Shown piece after piece: positions 41,643 to 53,013 of a DNA stretch of 64,000 nucleotides (its first letter is position 1; each line of letters starts with the position of its first letter). The position numbers were made by a program, and so were the translations under genes. Where the stretch lies: positions 1,120,001 to 1,184,000 of the forward strand of contig OZ250169.1 in NCBI GenBank assembly GCA_965237955.1, in the 5' to 3' direction. Below the pieces are notes generated by a model. The model was not told the DNA's origin and did no database searches. It saw only the letters and a list, made by a program, of their open reading frames with translations. Source of the DNA: Candidatus Marinacidobacterales bacterium. Its GTDB lineage: Bacteria > Acidobacteriota > Vicinamibacteria > Marinacidobacterales > SMYC01.

Positions 41643-42503
41643 TCAGCCCGCTCGCTTCTCCCACTCCGTCTTCATGAAGGCGAGTCCGTCGCGGGCCAAC
41701 TGCTCTTCGCTCTCGAACATCGGCCGCCAGATCTTGGTCGCCGCTGCGAGGTTTGGGAGGAGCGCACCGAACGCCTCGATCGTGAGCCAGCCGTCGTAAC
41801 CGATCGCATGAAGGGCATCGAAGCTCTCGGCCCAGCGCACCTGGCCGGCTCCCGGTGTGCCGCGGTCGTTCTCGGAGATGTGCACGTGGGTGATGGAAGC
41901 TCCCACGGCGCGGATCGCCGCCGCGGGGTCCTTTTCCTCGATGTGCGCGTGGAAGGTGTCGTAGTGGGCACCCACGTTCGCTGCGCCGATGTCGCTCACA
42001 TAACGATCGGTATCCGCGGCGGTATTGAGTAGGTAAATCTCGAAGCGGTTCAGGAACTCGAAGGAGAGCGAGATGTCGGCCGTGGCTGCGTGCTCGGCGA
42101 CGGTTTGCAGGACCTCGACGCTGCGCTTCCACTCGTCGCCCGTCGGGCCGTTCCCGCTGAAGACGCCGAGGGCGGCGTAGAGAGGCCCAGCAAGTATCCG
42201 TGAGCCTGCCGCTGCCGTGCAGTCGACCGCGTTCTTCAGTGTGTCCACCGCGGCCGCGCGCACCGCGGGATCCGGCGAAATCGGATCCGCGTCGGGTGCG
42301 CAAGCCGCCATGCAGGTGCGTTCCATGCCCAACCCGGAGATCTGCTCCCCCAACTTCGCGAACGCAGCAGGATCGGGCGCGGGCCGGATGATCGGGAGCT
42401 CGAGGCCGTCGAAGCCCATGTTCCCCAGTCGCTCGTAGAGCGGAAGGTGCTCCACGGCCGTGGGGTCGTCGGTCCAGAGCATCAGGTTCATGCCGAATTT
42501 CAC
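41643..42503 (-). CDS. Sugar phosphate isomerase/epimerase (D-tagatose/psicose 3-epimerase family)
   Basis: [46 protein letters not shown] 42503 after GAGGAG. Confidence 0.9.
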   Translation of the reverse strand: MKFGMNLMLWTDDPTAVEHLPLYERLGNMGFDGLELPIIRPAPDPAAFAKLGEQISGLGMERTCMAACAPDADPISPDPAVRAAAVDTLKNAVDCTAAAGSRILAGPLYAALGVFSGNGPTGDEWKRSVEVLQTVAEHAATADISLSFEFLNRFEIYLLNTAADTDRYVSDIGAANVGAHYDTFHAHIEEKDPAAAIRAVGASITHVHISENDRGTPGAGQVRWAESFDALHAIGYDGWLTIEAFGALLPNLAAATKIWRPMFESEEQLARDGLAFMKTEWEKRAG

Positions 42504-42817
42504 GGATCTCTCCTCGATCGCCAGCGTACCGCGAGAGCGAGCAAGCGTGGCATGATTCGGCGATGCTCCCTCTCCTCCTCGCCCTGCGCGTCTCCGCCTA
42601 CAAACAGGAGATTCTATCCTGGGACGCAGACAAACACGAGAGGGATTCTCCCCGAGGAGGTGGACAGAGGCACATGGAGGTTCGGCTGACGACAGGGTAC
42701 TGTCAAATTGAGGGATCGCAGGCCCATCCGGCCCCAAGATGTGCTTAACAACGCCCAAGTGAGCCCATGAACCGCCCCGGCTTTTCCGGAGACTCCAACT
42801 CTTGAGAGGATGGAGTC

Positions 42818-44052
<1,235 letters not shown>

Positions 44053-44588
44053 AACAGTCTCCGGGATTCCCGGGGCGGTTCACCATGATATTGGGCCCTT
44101 TTCCGCGCTCGAGGCGCCAACTTGACGGTACCCCAGTGCGCCTTCCTCCGCGACCCTTAGCTCGATCCAAGATCTACTGGAGCTCGCGATCCTGCCGTCT
44201 CGCCGAGGCCACCTTAGGCAAGGGTCCCCCGATCCCGGCTGTTCGAGCCCGATGTGCATCGCGATTGCACCGCTTCTCGGGACCGGATACGATCCCCCTG
44301 CGCGAGGAGTCGTCAACCCGAGCGCAGCGCGCCGCCGGCCGCAGCGAGGCAGCCTTCAGCTCGCCCGCTCATTGAGAAAAGAGAGCGCCCACTAAGAATG
44401 GGCCGACGACACCCCAGGGACGCGAACGAGGAGTGAGCGGTATTGAGCGCGACGAGTGAGGTTGGCCAGGGTTGACCGCGTGAAACTTGATCTCGTTCGC
44501 AATTGTCCAGGCGTTCGACCTGTGTTTTGAATTTTCCCTAATACACACTCTCGATAGTTGAGAATTTTGGAGGTCCGGGAGGTCTGGA

Positions 44589-47441
44589 ATGGCAAGGCTG
44601 CGCGTTTTCATGCTGGTCTGGGGTGCCGTGGTCGCTGTGTCAACGCAGGGGCAGGCGCAGGGTACTCGTTTCACCACGCTCCCCGAATTCACGATTGAGC
44701 GGGTATTGCCGGCCGAAAAGACCCACTCATATATTGTCCTGACGTTCGACAGCCTCGGCCGCCCCGTGGTCTCCAGGGAACTGGACCATCCGCGCTTGCT
44801 CATCGATAACGATGGCGATGGCATCTTCGAATCCGAGAAAGTCTTCTCTGATAGGGTCAGGAATTGCCATGGCCTTTGGTTTGACGCCCGCACGCTCTAC
44901 GGCGCCTGCGCGCCTGCCGACGTGCCGGCCCAGGACTCGGATAGTGGCGCCCTCAGCCGGTCTGGCTTGTACAAGATGGAGGACACCAATGGCGATGATG
45001 CAGCCGACACATTCGAGCAGATCAGCGTCTTCCAGCGCGGTATCGGAGAGCACGGCCCGCATGCTATCCGTCGGGGACCCGACGGCGCGCCCACGATCAT
45101 AATCGGCAACTATAGTTTTGTGCCCGATGAGATGATCGACGCCTTGTCGCCCTTTCGCAACTACAAAGAGGCGCAATTTCTACCGGCGTTTCCGGACGCT
45201 TGGGGCCTCCGCGATGCCACGAAGGACGGAGCTCACGGCACCGTCGTCCGCCTCGACCGGGAACGGAAACAATACACTCTAGTTTTCGGTGGCCTCCGAA
45301 ATTCGTACGACCTCGCCTTTAATCTCGCTGGCGAAGCGTTCACTTTCGACAGCGACATGGAGTTTGACATCAACCTACCTTGGTACCGCGAGGTGCGCTC
45401 CATCCATGGCATACCCGGAGGAGACTACGGACACCGCAATGGTTCCGGAAAGCTTCCTCCTTACTATATCGACTCGCTGCCGCCGGTGCGCGACGTCGGC
45501 CGGGGCTCGCCGGTGGGGGTGGAGTTCTACCAGCATAATGTCTATCCTGCGGAATTTCACGACGCGTACTTCGAAGGCGACTGGTCGCGGGGCCGCGTGC
45601 TGTATACCGCGCTCCGGCGGGATGGGGCCAGTTACAAGGCTCGCACCGACCAGGCCGAGTTCGTCCACGGTGAGCCGCTCAACATCACCGACCTCGAAGT
45701 GGGGCCGGACGGGATGCTCTATTTCTGCACCGGGGGCCGCGGCACCGGCGGCGGGGTGTACCGCGTTCGTTACCAGTCACCGACCTCCGCGCCGAGCCGG
45801 CCCACAGGCGTGCAAGCGGTTGTGCGCCAACCGCAGCCGCTGTCGAGTTGGGGCTGGGCGGCGCTGGAAGAGACGAAAGCCTCGATGGGCGATGCCTGGG
45901 GAAGCGAGTTGGAGCAACTCGCCCGAGACCGCGCCGCGGAAGGCGAAGACCGCGCTCAAGCCATCTACATGCTGCAACGTCACGGCCCCCAGCCTCCTTG
46001 CGACCTTCTGAGCGCCCTGACCACCGACCATGATGCGCAGGTGCGAGCCGCGGTGGTCTATGTTGCGGGCCAGCAGTTTGGCGACGGGGCCAAGGCCGTC
46101 GCGGCAGCTGCGCTCAAGGATGCCGACGCACTCGTCCGCCGCCGCGCAGCCGAAGCGTTGGTCCGCATGGGGCTCTCGGCAGACCGTCCCAGCTTGGCCC
46201 CAATCGCCGACATCTACAACCTGCTGAACGACGCCGACCGTTTCGTCCGCTACGCCGGCCGGGTGGCCCTGGAGCGCACGCCGCGAGCCCAATGGACGGA
46301 CAGAGTGCTGAACGAGACCGATCCGTTAGGCGCCATCGAAGGCATGGTCGCGCTGATCAACACCGCGCGTTCTGAGGGCGATCTGGAGCCGGTGTTTGAG
46401 AGGCAACTCAGCCTGATGCAGAAGACCGATCTCTCCGTCGACGATAGGTTGCGGCTGCTACGCGCCTTCCAGCTAGCGGCCATCGAGGCTGGCGACAGCG
46501 TACGTTCGGAGCTGCGCCAGCGAGTGTACCGTCTGCTGATCGGACAGTTCCCCGCCCGGGATGAGCGGCTCAACCGCGAGCTGGCACTGACGCTGGCCTA
46601 CTCTGGACAGCCGGAGGCGATCGGCAAGATTCTGACCGAAATGCCATCGGGGGACACTAACCAGCCTCTGCAGATCCACTACGTTTATGCCCTGCGTGAG
46701 ATTAAGGAGGGTTGGACGAGGGAGCAGAAGGCGCAGTTGATGAACTGGTTCGAAAAGGCCGCCATGTGGCGCGGCGGGACCAGCTTCAGAGGCTTCATCA
46801 ACCTTTTGTTTGATGCCAGTCTGGAGTTCCTCGATGATGAGAAGCAGCTCGCCTATCAACAGATCCCGCTGTTTGCGCCGCTGACGGAAAGTGAGCTGGA
46901 GACTGCAGCGGAAAGGGCGAGCGGGGCTAGCCCGAGCCTTCCCGCGAATCAGCGCTCGCGAGGCGTCGAGGCGCTCACCCGGCAGGAAATTTATGAGTAC
47001 CAGCTCTTCAATCCGTCGAGGACGCCCGCCGACGCGGCCGCCGGCAGGGCAATCTACGAGGAGAAATGCGCCGTCTGCCATCGCTTTGGGGCAATCGGCG
47101 ATGACGTCGGCCAGGACCTGACCACTCTCAACAGCCGGTTCCAGAAGAAGGACATTCTAGAATCGATCCTGTGGCCCTCCAGAACGGTCTCCGACCAGTA
47201 CGAGAGTATGATCATCGAAACCGACAGGGGCGTCATCGACGGCCTCGTGGTGAGGGAAGATAGCGAGACGCTGGTGGTAAGGACGGCTGGGGCAGAGCGT
47301 CTACTCGAGATTCCGAAGGCTCGGGTCAAGGAGCGTCGCCTTTCGACCATCTCGCTCATGCCCGAAGGGCTGCTCGATGAGTTCAGTCAACGGGAGATCG
47401 CCGACCTGATCGCGTTCCTGCAGGCCGCTCCGCCCAGATAG
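44589..47441 (+). CDS. PVC-type membrane-bound dehydrogenase-like protein (beta-propeller, HEAT repeats, c-type heme)
   Basis: Signal peptide, GEHGPH, GLRNSYD, FDSDME, GSPVG, HEAT repeats, CAVCH, SLMPEGL. Confidence 0.88.
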   Translation: MARLRVFMLVWGAVVAVSTQGQAQGTRFTTLPEFTIERVLPAEKTHSYIVLTFDSLGRPVVSRELDHPRLLIDNDGDGIFESEKVFSDRVRNCHGLWFDARTLYGACAPADVPAQDSDSGALSRSGLYKMEDTNGDDAADTFEQISVFQRGIGEHGPHAIRRGPDGAPTIIIGNYSFVPDEMIDALSPFRNYKEAQFLPAFPDAWGLRDATKDGAHGTVVRLDRERKQYTLVFGGLRNSYDLAFNLAGEAFTFDSDMEFDINLPWYREVRSIHGIPGGDYGHRNGSGKLPPYYIDSLPPVRDVGRGSPVGVEFYQHNVYPAEFHDAYFEGDWSRGRVLYTALRRDGASYKARTDQAEFVHGEPLNITDLEVGPDGMLYFCTGGRGTGGGVYRVRYQSPTSAPSRPTGVQAVVRQPQPLSSWGWAALEETKASMGDAWGSELEQLARDRAAEGEDRAQAIYMLQRHGPQPPCDLLSALTTDHDAQVRAAVVYVAGQQFGDGAKAVAAAALKDADALVRRRAAEALVRMGLSADRPSLAPIADIYNLLNDADRFVRYAGRVALERTPRAQWTDRVLNETDPLGAIEGMVALINTARSEGDLEPVFERQLSLMQKTDLSVDDRLRLLRAFQLAAIEAGDSVRSELRQRVYRLLIGQFPARDERLNRELALTLAYSGQPEAIGKILTEMPSGDTNQPLQIHYVYALREIKEGWTREQKAQLMNWFEKAAMWRGGTSFRGFINLLFDASLEFLDDEKQLAYQQIPLFAPLTESELETAAERASGASPSLPANQRSRGVEALTRQEIYEYQLFNPSRTPADAAAGRAIYEEKCAVCHRFGAIGDDVGQDLTTLNSRFQKKDILESILWPSRTVSDQYESMIIETDRGVIDGLVVREDSETLVVRTAGAERLLEIPKARVKERRLSTISLMPEGLLDEFSQREIADLIAFLQAAPPR

Positions 47442-47834
47442 GTGGCCCAAACGAGCGCGCGCACCGTGGTGTTCCGAATCATCAGCGCTGTGATGACAGG
47501 GCTCTTCGCCGTCGCTCTCGCGGTGCAGTACAACGATCCCGATCCCGGCCGATGGATGCTGATCTACGGCGCGGCCGGTGTACTGTCGGCGTGGGTCGTC
47601 GTCCGCGGAAGCGCCCCTCTGCCGCCGGCGGTCATCGTGGGCCTCGTCGCGCTCTTCATGGGTCTCGCCATCGGGCGCGGCGTGCTCGGTTCGGTGGCCT
47701 TGTCAGAGATGTTCCAGTCGTGGGAGATGAAGTCGTCGGCGATCGAGGATGCGCGCGAGGCGAGCGGCCTCCTGATTGTCGCCGGCTGGATGGCCGTGCT
47801 CACGATTGAGGCCTGGCGGGTGCGGCGAAAATAA
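47442..47834 (+). CDS. Transmembrane 220-like protein
   Basis: VQYNDPDP..W..IY and REASGL motifs, 4 TM. Confidence 0.75.
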   Translation: MAQTSARTVVFRIISAVMTGLFAVALAVQYNDPDPGRWMLIYGAAGVLSAWVVVRGSAPLPPAVIVGLVALFMGLAIGRGVLGSVALSEMFQSWEMKSSAIEDAREASGLLIVAGWMAVLTIEAWRVRRK

Positions 47835-48086
47835 GGGAGGCGGGCATCTGCTTGCACATGCAAGCGACGGTTTGTTCGGATCCGCGTGGTTCGGTCCGTG
47901 GTTTTTGAGCCGCGACCAAGCAGTGTTGAGTCATCTGCTCACATCGGCTCAGTGGTGACTTTACCGGGGCCGGAAAAATGTCAGGGCAGATCGATCTCAG
48001 TTCCCTCGCCTCGGGCCCTTCCAGGCTGGTCGCCTGACACCTTCCGCCGCTCGGTCAGGGCCGGCAACCGTAATATACTGGATGGC

Positions 48087-50075
48087 ATGGGAAAGCTCAC
48101 GCTGGCCCTGTTATGCCTGAGCCCCCTCGTCGTTCCCGTCAAGGCGTCCGTTCAGGAACCGAAGCGAACGGAAGACGACCCCGAGGCGCGCGCCAGCCAA
48201 AAAGAGCGCGAACCCGAGCTGCCGACGCTCAACGTCACGATAACGGTGTCGGCGCGCTCCCCCTCCTCCACTCCGCAGGTGGTAACCGTCATCGATCGCG
48301 ACACGATCGATGACTCCGGCGCACGGACCGTAGGTGAGCTGCTCACATATGCGCCCGCCCTGTTCGTTCTCCCGAGCGGCTCTCGCGGTGGCTCGACGAC
48401 CGCGCAGATAAGGGGGGGAGACCCGAATTTTACCCTTGTGCTCCTGGACGGGGTGCCGCTCAACGACAGCACCGACCCGCTCGGTGGAGTCGTCAACCTC
48501 GAGAGCCTACCCTTAAACGGCATCGAGCGAATCGAGATTGCCCGCGGTCCGATGTCCTTCTACCATGGCTCCGCGGCTCTGGCCGGCGTGATCAATCTCG
48601 TGACGAAACGGGGTGAGCCCGACGAAGCTGAGGCTCGCGCTGAGATAGAAGTCGGGAACGCGTCTTCCTTCCGGACCGCGGGATCGTACTCAGATGGCTT
48701 CACCGGCGGCGACTATTTTGTCGCGGTGCAATGGGAAGAAGAGGCGGGCCGGGTGGCCGAGGATCGGTTCGAGCAACTGCACCTTCTGGGGAACCTGCGT
48801 CTGAAGCTGGGCGAACGCGCCGGGCTGCAGCTTGGCACGCGAGTGACGAGCTGGGAGAGCGACGATTACCCGGAAGCCTCGGGCGGTCCGCTCTTCGGCT
48901 CCGGCGAGGTGCGGCGATCGGAGCACGACGAGCTGAGTCTCCGTGCCGAGCTCCAGCTGGGCGAGCCAGCCCGCCGGCGCCATAAGCTGACCGCCAACCT
49001 CTACAAACACGACCTCGACCGCGCCAGCCCCGGCGTCGGACTTTTCGTACCTTCCTCGGTGGAAAAGACCCGGTACACGCGAACCCACGCGGAATGGGCA
49101 ACGGGACTGCTCACAACCCCCCGCTTGCACCTTAACGCCGGCATCGACCTGGATCACGAGAGCGCACGGAACGAGAGCGTGCTCAAGCTGCCTCTGTTTT
49201 TGGGCGGCGAAGTTCCCGGCGACTACGCCTCGAGCCGCACCACGCCGGGTACGTTCGCCGAGCTCATCGTGGAGCCAGGCAATCTGGTCGTCGATGCAGG
49301 CGTGCGATTCGATTTTCCCGAGACTGCCGGTGCTCAGGGGAGCCCCCGCTTGGGAATAGCGTACCGTTTCAACGACGGCTCCACCTTGCTCCGTGGCTCG
49401 CTAGCCCGAGCCTTCAAGCTGCCGAGCTTCTTTGCCCTCGCCAGTCCCGCTGCCCTGGGAGGGAATCCGGACTTGAAGCCGGAGACCGCCTGGGGTCTGG
49501 ATCTCGGTATCGAGCAAGAGCTCGCTCACGATCTCCGAGCCGGAATCAACTTCTTCTACACCCGTTATCAGGACTTGGTCGACTTCGACTTCGAGAGCTT
49601 CCAGAACATCAATCGATCGAGCGTAGGATCTCGCGGCGTAGAGCTGGCTCTCACGTGGAAGAGCACCTCGAGCGTCGATTTCCAGGCGCAGGTCACCTGG
49701 AACGAGGTCAAGGACTTGACGACATCGATGCCACTGCTTCACCGGCCTCGCTGGCTGGCGAGCGGTCGCGTGCGGTGGCGGCCGACGAGCGACCTCACGG
49801 TATGGTTCGATACCCGCGCCGTTTCCGAGACGCTCGACCGACAACTCCCAGTTCCGGGGCGCGAGCGCGTCGCCGGACACGGTGTCCTCGGCCTTGCCGG
49901 ATCCTGGCGCTTTGCCGACCGGTGGGAGATTCGCGGCCGCATCGACAACTTGACCGACCGTCAGTACGAGACACTGATCGGCTTTCCGGGTCCGGGATTC
50001 TTGGCCAGGGTCGGTTTGCGCTACACCTTTCGTCGAAGCACCGAGCGGGAGACAGCTTCGACGAACGGCAACTAG
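48087..50075 (+). CDS. TonB-dependent receptor
   Basis: Plug IRGG..TLVLLDGVPLN, IERIEIARGP, GVINLVT, GNPDLKPE, NLTDRQY. Confidence 0.92.
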   Translation: MGKLTLALLCLSPLVVPVKASVQEPKRTEDDPEARASQKEREPELPTLNVTITVSARSPSSTPQVVTVIDRDTIDDSGARTVGELLTYAPALFVLPSGSRGGSTTAQIRGGDPNFTLVLLDGVPLNDSTDPLGGVVNLESLPLNGIERIEIARGPMSFYHGSAALAGVINLVTKRGEPDEAEARAEIEVGNASSFRTAGSYSDGFTGGDYFVAVQWEEEAGRVAEDRFEQLHLLGNLRLKLGERAGLQLGTRVTSWESDDYPEASGGPLFGSGEVRRSEHDELSLRAELQLGEPARRRHKLTANLYKHDLDRASPGVGLFVPSSVEKTRYTRTHAEWATGLLTTPRLHLNAGIDLDHESARNESVLKLPLFLGGEVPGDYASSRTTPGTFAELIVEPGNLVVDAGVRFDFPETAGAQGSPRLGIAYRFNDGSTLLRGSLARAFKLPSFFALASPAALGGNPDLKPETAWGLDLGIEQELAHDLRAGINFFYTRYQDLVDFDFESFQNINRSSVGSRGVELALTWKSTSSVDFQAQVTWNEVKDLTTSMPLLHRPRWLASGRVRWRPTSDLTVWFDTRAVSETLDRQLPVPGRERVAGHGVLGLAGSWRFADRWEIRGRIDNLTDRQYETLIGFPGPGFLARVGLRYTFRRSTERETASTNGN

Positions 50076-50387
50076 TCCCGTTCCAACTTGTTCCGGCTAG
50101 TTCCCGCAGCTGGAGAAGTGGCTCCTGAAAAGGCTTCCTGGATTTCCAGAATCACGGCGGCGGGTTTTTGCCTCGCTCAACGTCCGCGTCGACCCGGCGC
50201 AACTTTGAGAGTTGGAGGAAGCGTCAGAGCTCCCGCCCCCGGGCGGCAAGATCATTCCCTTGACCGAGTCCGCGAGCGGCTGATATCCTCCCGCCAAAGG
50301 AGAGGGCATCACCATTAGCAGCATCGGCGCGAACCTTGCCGCCGTGGCCGGCGAATACGGGATTCAACGTTCTGAAAGGGGGCTTCT

Positions 50388-51074
50388 ATGCGAATGATGA
50401 TCGCCACCGTCGCCCTGTTCGCGGCCGCCACCACGGCGCCGGCGCAGGAGGACGGGTTCACGTCTATTTTCGATGGGAAGACGCTTGAAGGCTGGGACGG
50501 CGACCCCGATTTCTGGCGCGTCGAAGACGGCGCGATCACTGCCCAGACCACGAAGGAAAAGCCGCTTCAAGCCAACACCTTCATCATCTGGCGCGAGGGC
50601 GAGCTGGCCGATTTCGAGCTGAAGATCGAATACCGGATCTTCGGCGGCAACAGCGGCATCCAGTACCGCAGCTTCGAGGTCGAGGGCCAGAAGTGGGTCA
50701 TCGGCGGCTATCAGGCCGACCTGGATGCCGCCAACGAATGGTCCGGCGTCAACTACGGCGAGAAATTCCGGAATATCCTGGCCAAGTGCGGCGAAGAGGT
50801 CGTCATCGGCGAGGACGGCGAGCGAAAAGTCGTCGGCTCGGTCGGCGACAGCGAGGAGCTCCGGTCCGGGATCAAGAAGGAGGACTGGAACGAGTATCAC
50901 ATCATCGCGAAGGGGAACCACTTGGTTCAGAAGATCAACAGCGTGCTGATGAGCGAGCTGACCGACAACGACAAAATAGCACGCGCCAGCGGCCTGCTGG
51001 CGCTCCAGCTGCACACCGGGGCGCCGATGAAGATCCAGTTCCGCAACATCCGCGTCAAGCACCTCGGCAAGTAG
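50388..51074 (+). CDS. DUF1080 / 3-keto-disaccharide hydrolase family protein
   Basis: [42 protein letters not shown]. Confidence 0.9.
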   Translation: MRMMIATVALFAAATTAPAQEDGFTSIFDGKTLEGWDGDPDFWRVEDGAITAQTTKEKPLQANTFIIWREGELADFELKIEYRIFGGNSGIQYRSFEVEGQKWVIGGYQADLDAANEWSGVNYGEKFRNILAKCGEEVVIGEDGERKVVGSVGDSEELRSGIKKEDWNEYHIIAKGNHLVQKINSVLMSELTDNDKIARASGLLALQLHTGAPMKIQFRNIRVKHLGK

Positions 51075-51188
51075 GCACCTCCGAGGACCTCCTGCTCTAC
51101 GACTCTGAGGTGTGGCAGGACATCGCCCACAGTCTGTTCAATCTGATGGAGTACGTCTTCATCCGGTAGAAGCGGCCCTCGAGTCCTC

Positions 51189-52577
51189 CTAAGAAACTAC
51201 CGCCTGAACGACGTCGCCCGTTTGAGTGTCGATGAGAGCGAAACCGAGGTCAGCGGCGCGTTGGGTCAGGCGGCGCACGGCACGGGAGCGATCTTGAGCG
51301 TTGTAGGCGGCGGCCCCGGGGTCTTGATAGACGAGCCCATCCTTGAGAGTGCGGTAGACGAGAATGGCGAGCTTTCGAGCGGTGGCGGTGATGGCTTTGG
51401 ATTTACCGACGCGATAGGCGAGACGTCGATAGTAGGCGCCGAGAGCGGTCTGTGTACGCCCGAGGCTGAGTGCGGCCATGCGGAGAATGCCAGCGGCGCG
51501 GTTTGCAGAGGGTTGTGTTTTCGAGCTGAGGAGTCGCCCGCCGGAGATTTTGTTATTGGGCGCGAGGGTAAGCCAGGAAGTGAAGTGCTTTTCAGTAGGC
51601 CATCGGTTCATATCGGTGCCGATCTCGGCGAGCAAGCGAAGCGCGAAATAGGGTCCGATGGCGTCGATCTGGGAGAGGTCGACCCCGGCGATCTGGTGGA
51701 GGAGAGGCCAGAGCTCGAACCGAGGTTCGTTCACTCGGGGCTTGCGCGATTTTCGAGGCGGTGGCAAGGAGGTGTTCGGGGTTGAGCGTTGAGCTAGAAG
51801 CTGCAGGTGCGATTCGATGGCCACGTCACAGGTTTGGATCTGGAGCTGAAAAGCATCAAAGAGTTCGAGGTTCTGCTTGAGAGCGAAGAGGTGCTCGGGG
51901 CGATAGTTGCCGGTGAGTGCAGCGGCGATCTCGGCCTCGGAGGACTGACAACGGTGGTCACGGTGCTTGGCGAGCCGATGGGGGTCGGTTTGTCCGGCAA
52001 CGATGTCTCGTAGAATCCGCATGCCAGTGACACCCGTGATATCAGTGACCACAAGGTGGAGTTGAAGATTCATTTGCACGAGAGCCTTCTGCATGCGCTG
52101 GATATGGGTTACCGCACTCTGAACGAGAGTCTCTCGGTGGCGGAGGTAGCCACGCAGGGCGGTGATGGCTGCTTCGGGTCGAAAGCTTCCGCGGAGCAAC
52201 CCCACGCTGTGCAACTCCCGGAGCCATTCGCAATCGCTGACATCGCTCTTGCGCCCCGGGACGTTTTTGACGAGGCGCGCGTTGACCAAGAGGACCTGGA
52301 AGCCACGGGCTTCGAGGATTTCATACAGGGCGATCCAGTAGACGCCGGTCGACTCCATCGCGACGCTCGTCACGCCGCAAGTCGCGAGCCAGTCGGCGAG
52401 CCGATGAAGATCGGCCGTGAAACTCCTGAAGGAACGGACCGGTTTAGGATCGCGCTCCGGTGGAACTGCGACGAAATGCTCGGCCGAGCCGCAATCGATC
52501 CCAGCGACATTCACGTTGATTTGCTTCAGGAGGGATGGAGAAGTCCGCTTCTTGGGTTGACGACGATTGTGCTTCAT
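51189..52577 (-). CDS. IS110 family DEDD recombinase
   Basis: AGIDCGS, AMESTGVYW, RKSDVSDC, LAPNNKISGG, ATARKLA. GAAGGAG RBS. Confidence 0.95.
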   Translation of the reverse strand: MKHNRRQPKKRTSPSLLKQINVNVAGIDCGSAEHFVAVPPERDPKPVRSFRSFTADLHRLADWLATCGVTSVAMESTGVYWIALYEILEARGFQVLLVNARLVKNVPGRKSDVSDCEWLRELHSVGLLRGSFRPEAAITALRGYLRHRETLVQSAVTHIQRMQKALVQMNLQLHLVVTDITGVTGMRILRDIVAGQTDPHRLAKHRDHRCQSSEAEIAAALTGNYRPEHLFALKQNLELFDAFQLQIQTCDVAIESHLQLLAQRSTPNTSLPPPRKSRKPRVNEPRFELWPLLHQIAGVDLSQIDAIGPYFALRLLAEIGTDMNRWPTEKHFTSWLTLAPNNKISGGRLLSSKTQPSANRAAGILRMAALSLGRTQTALGAYYRRLAYRVGKSKAITATARKLAILVYRTLKDGLVYQDPGAAAYNAQDRSRAVRRLTQRAADLGFALIDTQTGDVVQAVVS

Positions 52578-52601
52578 CAGATGCTCCTTCATACTTCGTG
52601 A

Positions 52602-52755
52602 AGCATCCGGGAACAGGGATGGGCATTCGTTACATTCTCCTAAACGGGATCACGCTCACGCGTGTCACCACTGACAGTGCCGAAACATCCCCGGGCCATG
52701 CTTAGTTACGGGCTGGATCGCACCAGTGTTGAGTCGGCCTCGGTTCCCGGATGCT
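52602..52755 (-). ncRNA. Predicted bridge RNA region of the second IS110
   Basis: Perfect 13-bp closing inverted repeat AGCATCCGGGAAC/GTTCCCGGATGCT. Internal TTAGGAG matches the right end of the element. Confidence 0.55.
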
Positions 52756-53013
52756 CCCGCTATTGTATGAAACGGACGCTCCGTGCAGCACTGGAGTTTC
52801 TACCCAGATAGATCGCGAGCCCTGCGCGTACGATGCTTAGTTGAAGATGGCATCCTGACGCCTTGCCCCTCGTCACGAATGATGTAGGGCGACCTCGGCG
52901 TCGCCCCTTGTTCGCCTCGTCATCCGTTTGACACTTCCACCAGACGGACACTAGACTCCCTCTCGTCCTCTGCCTCGAGGAATCGCCAAGCCACGCGAAC
53001 TGGAGAAGAAAAA

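Larger units (their letters stand above)
51186..52782 (-). mobile_element. IS110 family element with 5' non-coding region
   Basis: GGAG repeated at both boundaries (minus strand), ~200-bp structured leader. Ends inferred. Confidence 0.75.

Noticed and set aside
40931-41677. 248-aa ORF as an intact integrase
   Set aside because: The N-terminus is translated MITE, the catalytic Arg-I region is in another frame, and the N-terminal domains are missing.
51075-51169. Short tail VWQDIAHSLFNLMEYVFIR resembling a DUF1553-type C-terminus
   Set aside because: Too short and without a start to call with confidence.
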